From the human T2T-CHM13v2.0 reference genome, Homo sapiens, in assembly GCF_009914755.1 (NCBI RefSeq), contig NC_060937.1: a DNA stretch of 64,000 bases. One strand, 5' to 3'. The stretch's first letter is position 1; every line of letters starts with the position of its first letter. Shown one piece after another: positions 53,441 to 64,000 of this stretch. The position numbers and the translations under genes are program-made. The notes beneath the pieces are model-generated. The model had not been told where the DNA came from and made no database searches. It saw only the letters and a program-made list of their open reading frames with translations.

Positions 53441-56400
53441 GTAAGATGTCTCATTCTTTAATCTAATAATATGTTTATGTTCATCAAAATCATGGTAATG
53501 TAGCCTGATATAATACATTTTTCTCTTTGGAATTCAAATGCATCATTAGAGTAAATTTTGAAGCACTCACATTAAATTTTATCAGAAACTGTGCAAGCTC
53601 ATACCAAACTTTTAGATGCATTTATTGTTGAAGAGGCTTTTCCTTGCTTTCCTTCTGCCATTTCCTTTGCTGACAGCTTTGTCTGAAGGTTTATTAGAGT
53701 CAACAAACCATTGCCAGAGTGTCTGGAAATAATAATGGGAAAAGTAATTTCACTACTTTGTCATTCTCAGCAATAGCAGCTAGACAGGAGAATAACAACA
53801 GGATTCTGCCTAGTACAGATGTCACCTGGAATATGGCATGATTAGGTTACAGCATCTTTTTTTCTTAAAATCTTCAAATAAAAATACAAAATCAGATTAC
53901 ATTTTCTAAATTATGAGTAACTGCCATCAACCTTTGCAGTACCATGCTTGCAAATCAAAAGGAGGTAGTGGCTTTGTTTTCTGCTAAATCAGTGGTTGTC
54001 AGTGGTTAAACATGTCTATGAGATTTAAGTACTTCATCTTTTTTCTTAAGTTAAGCTCCAAAAGCCCTTATTCATGATGAATTACAAAGAGTTTACTTCT
54101 ATAAACCAGGCTCTACAAAAAGTTTTTGCAATTAGATGAATTCAAATAACCACATAAATAAAGGTGCTTACCATAATTATTGTTTTGTTATGAATGAATG
54201 CTCACAACCGTGTATTTAGAGCTGTGTACTTCTCTGAATCATTACTTTAAAAATATAACTATGTAATATTACTCTTTTTTAATCTATCATACATAAGTGT
54301 GACTAAAGATACTATAGGTATATATTAAATGCGGGTAATATAGATATGTATTAAATAGACAAAACTTGATTTGTCCACAAAAGGGAATAAAGCTATTTGA
54401 TATATTAAAATGCTTTTTCACTTTAATCCCAATACATTCATGTATATATATGTTCATATATACATGCATTTATTCATATGTGTAGTACATACACATATAT
54501 ATCTTGAATAAACCTGTTTACTCCCTCAAAGATAAAAGAAATGTGTTATACTATTTAATTAGCACATTATTTATAAATAGAATGAATTTAAACATCTGAA
54601 ATGTAAAGAACTTAATTTCATGAGCATATTTAAGTAAATAGCATGGTGTAGCAGAAATAACACAACTTTCAACACCAAAGAGAAGAGGGAGAGAATCCCA
54701 GATCTGCCAACTTTCTGTCCTGGAGCATAAGTTGAATTTTAACTTTTAACTCTATCATGGACTTTTAATATTTTAATAGCAATATTTAATATGTTTACAT
54801 CTGTTTTAATAACTGGTATGTTTGGTCTTATATCATCTTGTTTTATACTTTTTTTTAATGTCCTCTTGCTTTTTATATTGTTTGTTCTCTGGCTTTACGA
54901 ATGCTTTTTTGCTCAGTGCTCTTGTGATTTAAAATGTAAGCACCTTGTTATTAATTCCCCTAGAGATATTACATTTTTAAAAGCCTTATAAACTATTTTT
55001 CTTAATTTGAACTCAAAAATCAATTAACATTTTTAAATCATACCTAAGACAAAAACTTCAACTCAATTTTATTTCTCATTCATTGCTTATATTCGCAAAT
55101 ATAAATTACTAGCCAGAATCCAGATTATTATTAACTTCACACTCTGGGGTCTACGTCTTTTTGCAAATTAAGAAAGATTTCAAACTATTGAAATTATGTG
55201 TTCATGCAGTATATTATTTTCAGCTATATGGATCTTTACCTGATTTTTCGGGATGATATTCTCTGTACGTTCTTGTGTAACAGTTTTCCATATTCCCTGT
55301 ATTAGGTTTTTATATTATCTGCTCTTGAGAGACCTATCAAGACAGTATCATTAGACACCATTAGGTGATTTTTTTTCCCTTGGCTGTGCTAGCTATTTGG
55401 AGCTGTTGGATATAAAACTGGAGGGCAGGGTGATATACCTCACTTGTAGTTCAGTTTCCAATGTAGCAGGCATTCATATTAAATGGTTTTCCTATTCTAA
55501 AATGAGATTTTCTCCAGGCTCTGGATGGAATGTTTTCTAGTTCATTGTTTTAAAGGTCTCTTCTAGTCTCCATCCCTTCCCACTGCATTTTACTCATGTA
55601 AGGTCAGTTTCCCACAGTGTGGTACAGTACCACCTATAACTACCACCCACTTCATGCCTGTTACTTTCTGGGAGTCTCTTTATCTGTCCAACTCTGGAAA
55701 GGTTGCTGTGTCTAAATCTGGATAGAGATAACATTGTCATGCCTTCTAAAAGTTACACCTGAGCAGTATAGAGCCTAATATGCTTTTTTCTATTTGGGAC
55801 AATCTTTGGGTTTCTGAGCCAGAGCATGCAGACTCTGGTGGGAATTTAAAAGCATCTTGCTATTATTTTTTGAATCGTTGAAGTCTGTTTTATTTATAAC
55901 ATGAAGATTATATGGGCCACTGATTTTTTTCAAAAATTACTGGGTACTTCCTTTGCAATTATTATGACTAAACATGAAAGCCTGACTATTGTAAGCAATG
56001 GGATAAAAATTAACAATAGGGACTAGGCACACAGAACACTTACAGTCTAGATGAATAAGTGAAATACACGTAAATAAGACATTTTAAGATGGCTGATAGT
56101 AAATGCTGAATCATTGCTATCGTGAATGCTGCATGAGCTTAGCAGAGGGGAGGCATTTTAAAATGTGTTTGGGGAGAAAAAAAGAGAAGAGCTTCACAAA
56201 TTTCTGCCAGTTGTATATATATGGTGTATTCAGTGGACAGAATTATCATACCTTCTCTGGAGTAGAGAATTATATATAATATTGGAGCCTTAGAGAAGAG
56301 CCAGATTATAAAGAGGCTTTTAGGAGTCAGTATAGTGTTAGAGTAGAAGGGAATGCGATGTGGAGTTTTAGAAAAATTAAACTAATAATTATGTATGGCA

Positions 56401-56923
56401 TAAATCAAAATTGAGATTCCTTAGCATTAGTGCTATAAGGGGAGTAGTAATAGTAAATTGTTACTGAATATTTACTATGTACCACATATTCTATTTTTCC
56501 CTGACTACAGAAGCAAGTAAAGTATGGTTTCTGCCTTTGAAAAGATCGTAATATAGTGAGGAAGCAGACGTATACCAGTAATTCCACTAAAAAGTATTGG
56601 AATGTATAAAATTGTGTACAATTTTATAATGTATAAAAAAGTATTATAATGGGAGTATATGTGAAGCCATTTGAGGTAGTCAAATCTAGGAGCCATTATT
56701 TATAACTAAGAGAGCAGAAAAAGCTTCCCATAGGTGACATTTAAATTGGGAATTGAAATATGATTAAGAGTTCACTAGAAAGTAGGCAGAGGGCATTCCA
56801 AGAAGAAAATGTGAGGTGAAGATTTTGGATGAGCATATGGCAGCAGGTATGGCAAAAAGAGAGTAAATGACACTTTGTACAATATCATTATACAAAAAAG
56901 TTTCACTGTCATTTGTTCTAGTT

Positions 56924-57090
56924 CAGTGGTTATCAAAGTGTAGTCCCCTGACCTGCACTATTACCTTGGAGACCTGTTAGAGATTTCTGATCCTCAGACT
57001 CCTCCTCAAGCCTACAGAATCAGAAGCCGGCAACCTGCCTTTCAGCAAGCCCTCTAGTTGGTTCTGATACAAAAAGTTTGAGCACAATTG
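56924..57090. mobile_element. MER5-type hAT MITE
   Basis: cagtggttatcaaagtgtagtcccctgacc..cagaatcagaa..aaagtttgag. Confidence 0.7.
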
Positions 57091-57971
57091 CATTAGCCAT
57101 TTAAGACCTAATTATCAGGGCAAGATTTGCATATAAAACATTTAAAACATAGAAGAAAGTACAGGATTAAGTGCCATTCAGTGTAATAAAAGTTTAGAGA
57201 AGTGAGAGATTAATATGAAATAGTCTACTCGAGGAAACCTTGGAAAAGATGAGCTTTAAATGAACTCTTTAAGGATTTTGTCAGATGTAGATGACTATCC
57301 AGGCAAAATAAACCGTAATAAGTAGAATGACAATTGAAAAAAATTATGAATATGAATATCCTGAGGTACTCTCCCTGGATATATTCCTATTAATTTAATT
57401 CTTCCTTTGCTATCATCCTGAAATTTTAAATAGGAGTGCCAGTTTAAACTGAGCACCAGCATTAAAGACATGGGTGATGGTTTTCTTAGAGAAGCTTCAG
57501 TAATGCCATGACTGAATACTTGTTAGGGCAGCAATTAGATTTGCCTGTTTTCCTGATTGGTGGACAGTGTGTATCCATTCATCTCTTCTTATCAAATCAC
57601 CCTTCAGAGTTCTCTTATGATCCTAAAATAAAGGGTGCTCTAAAGATGTTAAGTTGTACCAGTATCACTTTAACGAACACGGGTCCTAAAAATAATCATA
57701 CTATTTTATAACACTGTTTTAGGGATACGGTTATTGTTCAGGAAGTATTTATTTCATTTGATTGATTGAAACTTAAGATTTATCATTTCTAGATAGGATG
57801 TTAGTCTTCTTTTTGACAAATGTAATTTCTTAGGTAATCTAAAGCCAAGACATGGTTGGCTTATATTTTGTCATAATATGTTTTAAACATTTTTATTTGA
57901 TATCAAGATTCAGAAAAAAAATAGTATTGTTATTATGTCTTTCTTTCATTTTTCCTATTGAAACATTCCTT

Positions 57972-58313
<342 letters not shown>

Positions 58314-58334
58314 TCAGAAAAAATAGTAAATAAT

Positions 58335-58575
58335 AGTTTATGACTATTGAATAATTTATAATGTGCCAAACATTGTTCTAAGGACTTTATATATATTTGC
58401 TCATTTAATCCTCACAATAGCCCCATGAGTTAGGTTCTGTTCTTATCCCCATTTTACAGAGATGAGGTAGAGAGTAGCTAAATAACTTGGCCCAAGTCAT
58501 AGGGCTAATAAGTGACACAGTCGGGATTCAAACCTAGGCAGTTTAGCTCCAGTCTTCATTCAGTTACTACAGCGT
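58335..58575 (-). mobile_element. MIR SINE
   Basis: ctcatttaatcctcacaatagccccatgag..tatccccattttacaga..gggattcaaacctaggcag. Confidence 0.88.
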
Positions 58576-59214
58576 ACTGTTCCAGGATATTCCTGGTACC
58601 ATACAACTTCACCTCCAGTCACCAGCTTTAACTTATTAGCTGCTTTTAAAACATAAATAATTAATGATTTAAAACAATTTTGTAATTTTCTTTTACATTT
58701 CATCAAATTAACCCTTTGAAATTTATTTACTGTCATGACTTTTGTAGATACTGATATTCTAGTACTAGATCTGGGCCTGGAATTACTATCTTTAATGTAG
58801 AAGCTGGCACTGTTTTCAGTTAAGCTTTAGATCAAGAGAAAAAGACTCTGAGACAGAGATTTGCTTGAGGATTTTTATTGAAAAGCCCTTGGGATCAACA
58901 TCTGTGGGGGAGTGAAGAAGTTAGAACTGGGCAGAAGGAGGATTCAGACCTCAGTGCAGTTGTGACAAAGGCTTCAGTAGATCCCACAGGGTGCCTGGGG
59001 CTGGGGTAACCGTTCAAAGTTGTCTTGGCTTGAGGCAAGGGAGCCAGGTCTTCATTACCTCCACTCTGCAATCATTGGATGCAGACTCCTGGGAAGGAGA
59101 CATGACTGGATTGGGGGCTTTCTTCTAATGGTAGCAATTCTTCGAGATGGACATAGCTGAACACCACCAGCCATGAACACCACCAGCCATCATTGCTCCC
59201 AGCATCCACCATAC

Positions 59215-59395
59215 CAGCAGTTCTCAGACTTCAGTGTATCCAAAGCAGGATTGCTAAAACCCTGATCTTTGGTTCCCTACTGCCATAAGTTCTGATTCAG
59301 TAGGCTTGGATTGAGCCGCAAGAAGCTGCATTTCTAAGAACTCCCCATTTGATGCTGATGCCATTGATCTAGGGACCACACTTTGAGAATTACTG
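59215..59395. mobile_element. MER5A-type hAT MITE (preceded by an MLT1-like LTR at about 58810-59212)
   Basis: cagcagttctcagact..ttctgattcagtagg..tgcatttctaa..gatgctgatgc..ggaccacactttgagaattactg. Confidence 0.8.
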
Positions 59396-61444
59396 CCCTA
59401 TATCTATATCTTTAAAAGACATACCTAAAAATAATTTTATTAATCTTCATATAGCACCGTCAGTATCACACATGATGACTCTTATGATAGGGCATCCTTA
59501 GCATTTTATGTGCATTTTATCTTCCCAATGAGAAAAAAAGTTTTGCTCAGTAAATACCCATGAAATTAAGTTACTTAATATTTATTTTTGTAAATATTTG
59601 CAGGATGTTGTGATCTATTATGTAAATTCACTAGAATTACTGGACGAGGGATTCTTTAAACGTCTTGGATTAAAGAGAAGTGTTACAGAATTGGAATCTG
59701 GTTGACAAGATGAAACAATCTTTTCTGGCTTCACATGTTTAAAAATATAGGTCAATGTGACCTAATAAATTTCATATTTTCTATAAATATTATCCACAAA
59801 TATTCTATAAATAATTCTAAGACTTAGATTAAAACAGTACCAAACTGTACATTATTATTACACTCTCAGATTTATCTTTTTTCCCAAAAATATTATTTTA
59901 GTATGAAATGCAAAGTACATTTTATGACCCATTTCTTAAAAGTGTCTCATACTTGACCAATTTCACTTTTCTCCTTTCTAGATGCTTTTAAAAATAAGAT
60001 TCTGTATAAAGCACATGGTCTCAGTATCATAGTATTAATGCATTATGCAGACTTTTTACACCCTCCTGTGGTATGTGTACATGTGCATAATTGCATATAA
60101 ATAAACACACATTTACTGTATGTAAGTTTTGTAAAGATACTTTACATAGAAGTATCTTGCCAAAAGAAGCTTGCCAAATATCCCGGAAACGTATTTAAAA
60201 GACATCTAAAATCCCATAAATGTGTTCTTAGGCTTTGTTTTATTCTATTTATAAATTTAATGAATGTTCATTATAGAAAATTGGAAATACAAAAAATGGT
60301 AATTTTAAAAATTAAACCACTCAAAAGTCTAACCGTAAATATCACAGTTGACATTTGGGTGATTTTTCTGTTTTTCATTCTCTGTGTGTGGTGTGTCATT
60401 GGGAACCTGTAATGTATACAGGTTTGCTTTCTACTTTTTCCATTTCACTAAATATTCTTTGAAGGCATGACTTTTAAAACTACATGAGAGTCCAACCTAG
60501 AAATATGGCAAAATTTCTTTAACTATTTTTGAAACACTTGATTTTTTTCAAAGAACATTAAATTTTAGATGATTGTGTAAAATAATCTTAATGATACTTA
60601 GAGTTCTACTAAAAATGTGGTTTCAACTTTCAGTTCCCAAATTGATCTGATTTCTGTTTGTTTTCTGAAAAATACAACCTATGCCTTATTTTATACCTTG
60701 TTAGATAATATTATGCAAAAGATATTAAAGCCTGTAATTCTTGCATTTTAAAAAATAGGAGAGTAACCGCTAACACGGCTTTGTGTAAATGATCCCCTGT
60801 TAAACTTGAGAATTTTTTTTAAGGATTTTGAGTTGTTTTTCATATGATCAGCTAATGAATTCAGCACAACTTCTCCAACCCCAACCTTTTTCTCCTGTTT
60901 AGCATTTTCCACTTTTTTACTCTGTGATGAACAAGCCCTCCCTGGTTAATTATGTATATATTTAGCAACTGCATGTGTTGGGCTTATTATTGTCATCTAA
61001 TTAGATGTAACTTGAACTGCTTGCTTCTAGAAAAATCATTAAAAATTCTTTCCTAATGACCTAGAGATGACAAAATGTCTGTAAAGTGTGAAGAAGCAGA
61101 CAAGCACAGGAACATCGCTCTTAAAGAGTGTTAATCCAGATGCTGCCATCATCTAATTAAACAATATTTTGCTGTCATTAACATTTTCACCAAGGAATTG
61201 CAGTTATAATTTCTTTGTCAGCTGTCTCTAGATCACTTTACCTTCAAAACCAAAGTGCCATATAAAAACATTAAATTGGATGGTTTAATTAAAAAGTTTT
61301 TTTAATGAAGAAACATATCCAGTGTTTCTGAGATCTCATTTACTGTTTCACTTTTATTATTTGAGTAGATTAGTGTCATAGGCTTGCGGTATTTAATATT
61401 CATCTTCCAAGATAAATTCTTATAAGCATAGTTAGCAAAATAAA

Positions 61445-61484
61445 GTGTATGTGTGTGTGTGTGTGGAGATAGATAGATAGATAG

Positions 61485-61527
<43 letters not shown>

Positions 61528-61540
61528 CTCCACACACACA
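61445..61540 (+). repeat. (TG)n + (GATA)n + (CA)n compound microsatellite
   Basis: Read directly; the outer parts are mutually complementary. Confidence 0.95.
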
Positions 61541-62224
61541 AATATATATATTTACTTACCACTGCTGGAAAAGGAAAGGACCCTACCAATTATAGCACCA
61601 GTGTATTTACTAAATATCAACTATCCTAAAGAAAAAACAAAACAATTAGTAATTAAACATCTAGGTATGCCAGAGCCTCATGAGTATTACTTTGGAAATA
61701 ACTCACTTTTTGGATGATTTAATGAACAGTATTTTTTTTCATTTCACAAAGGTGTTCAGTAAAATAATTAAAGGAGTAATACTAATTCATGATTAAAACA
61801 TATCAATGCAAAACCCCAAAGTGCCACTTCATCACTCTTTTTTTCCATTTAACATTAAATACATTGTGCATTTTTAATTCAAATCAAATACATATATGAC
61901 TGTCCATTTTACAAGGCTCTTATGCAGAAATTTTTATTAAAAACAAGCATTAATGTCATATTTATTTATAAAGTTTATTATATTTATTAGAATTAAAATA
62001 ATGCTATAAATCTCTGCTAATTTAAAAATTACTAAAATTTTCTTTTTAGCACTTATTTTCAAAGGACCTCTCAAAGATTATTGAAAGTGAATTACAAAAA
62101 AAAATGCAGGACAGAATAATAGACATGAAATATGGCTATTGGCATCATTCATTTTGTGTATACGTGTGTGTGTATTTTTAAATAATGCTTTTCTTCTTTG
62201 TATTTTTTTCCTAAAATAGCATTA

Positions 62225-62401
62225 TTTTTTTTTAACTTTTATTTTAGGTTCAAGGAGTACATGTGCAGATTTTTTATAGAGATAAATTACATGTCATGGG
62301 TGTTTGGTGTACAGATTACTTTGTCACCCAGGTGATAAGCATAGTACCCAATAGGTAGTTTTTGGATCCTTACCTTCCTCCTTCCCTCTACCCTCAAGCA
62401 G
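62225..62401 (-). mobile_element. Severely 5'-truncated L1PA15/16-like 3' end
   Basis: ttttaacttttattttaggttcaaggagtacatgtgcag..tggtgtacagattactttgtcacccagg..agcatagtacccaataggtagttttt. Confidence 0.85.
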
Positions 62402-63517
62402 TATCCTTTTCTTTCTTAGAAAATCATTTCTATTAAAAAGGCTGGTGTCTTCAAATATAGTCTACATTTTTATGCTGTTTGCATTGACACAGTACATTTA
62501 AATACTGTGTTTATGTAAATTGGCTTTTTAACAGTTTTCCTTAATATATAAATTATAAAACTTCATCAGAAATTATTTTAACAATTGTGGTTATCTGATT
62601 TTCATCTATCAATTAATTTATTTAAGTAATATATGTTATATCTAGATAGGTAGCATCAGCATTATTCTATTAAAAAAATATACACTGGAATACTTGCTTT
62701 TCATTAAAATCTACAGATTTTTAAGTAGAACAGCTCCCCCAAGAAAATGGAAGAGCTCTAAACTCTGCCATGGACCCATTTAGGATCCCAGAAATAGCTC
62801 TGTCTAGCCAATCTGTACTCTTTGTATATATACATATAAAAAAAGTACTGAGCCCTATCAGGTGTCCTAGGTTAGCATACATATGAACTATTAGTAATAA
62901 ATTTTCAAGTTTAGAATTGTACAGCTTTTATTTTACAATATTGGTACTGTTTTAGCAGATTATTGTCATGTCAAAAGACTTTAATATGGCTCCGAACTCT
63001 TGTTTAATCTCATCATTAGTATTATTCACCATAGACTTAAACACAAGCAGGTTCATTGATTGCTTGAGCTACCTAGCTGTAGATGTTTTCTTCTCGTTTA
63101 ATGTAGACATTCACAATATCATTCTCTCTCATATATACCTCTACGCCTTTGCATAATCCTCGTCTTCTAAAGATAATGTTCTGCAGTTTTCCTTTACTTG
63201 ACTTATATTTGTTCATCTTCTGAAATTTGGGTCATTTTATTCCATTTTTATCACATGCATATCCATTCCATCAACAAACATTTATTGGGCAGATGGCATA
63301 TGCCAACACACAGAGATTAAAACAAACAAACAAACAACCCAGCCCTGACATTTATGAGTTTACAGACTGGTGGAGAGGCAGAGAAGTAAACAGCAATGTA
63401 TATCAGGTGTAATAGAGGTCTGTATGAGAACTGTGGTGAGGCAACACAGGGGAAGCCCTAACCTAGCTGTAACCTCATCCCAGTAAATGCAAAGTGGAAG
63501 CAACATTCTGCTGCCAT

Positions 63518-63565
63518 TACCCACACCTATATTACATACCCACACCTATATTACATACCCACACC
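63518..63565 (+). repeat. 19-bp tandem repeat, 2.5 perfect copies
   Basis: (tacccacacctatattaca)x2 followed by tacccacacc. Confidence 0.95.
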
Positions 63566-64000
63566 AGTTTATACATTTAAAGCAATATGCAGTTTAGTTG
63601 TAAAATGCAAAGCTTCATATAATAAACAGATAAAATAGTCATCAATAAAGTGTTTTCTAAATATATTAATTAATTTGGTTTGGTGCTTGCAATTACAGAT
63701 TTTGGTTCTTACTCAGATTGTAGTTCTTTTTTTTTCTATTTCACAGTTATGTTTTCCAAATGCTGTAAGAGCAGATATCATTTAATGTAATTTCCTGATG
63801 ATGAACAAGATAATATCTGCATATCTATGCTACTGTGATAGTACATGTGGTGTGTGCAACCATGGCATACTGGATGAAACTCATATCACTAAATACCAGT
63901 GAAATAGCTGTTTTGTGTGAATTTTAATGGAAATTTAGAAAATTACTGATAATTGGATCATAACGCATTTTTATAAAAAATAATTTTGTTCAACAAAAGT

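Noticed and set aside
59604-59750. Possible cryptic or poison exon after tttgcag
   Set aside because: Weak donor, an early stop in the required phase, and no match to the expected next NBEA peptide (GRTYNDLNQYPVFPW), which is not in this window.

Overview
AT-rich primate (human-like) genomic DNA, mostly intronic and dense in Alu, MIR, L2, L1, LTR and DNA-transposon remnants. The window lies inside the neurobeachin gene (NBEA, + strand). Three GT-AG coding exons (48824-48941, 49277-49379, 53325-53440) splice in frame into the C-terminal part of the PH domain and the start of the BEACH domain. The preceding 48.8 kb belongs to one very large intron; by recall this is the intron that hosts the nested antisense gene MAB21L1, whose ORF is not in this window. 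None of the ORFs in the supplied track look like real genes. I cannot demonstrate a new biological system. The best leads are: (i) repeat-free blocks rich in Pax6/Meis/Sox/homeodomain motifs that may be enhancers, one containing a GC-rich ~90-nt hairpin; (ii) a templated-insertion scar (24-bp palindrome plus a 50-bp copy from 2 kb away); (iii) a MER52-type LTR inserted into an Alu, with a target duplication that decayed in opposite directions at a CpG; (iv) inverted Alus around the exons, suggesting A-to-I editing or circRNA. Repeat subfamily names were assigned by eye and need RepeatMasker/Dfam confirmation.
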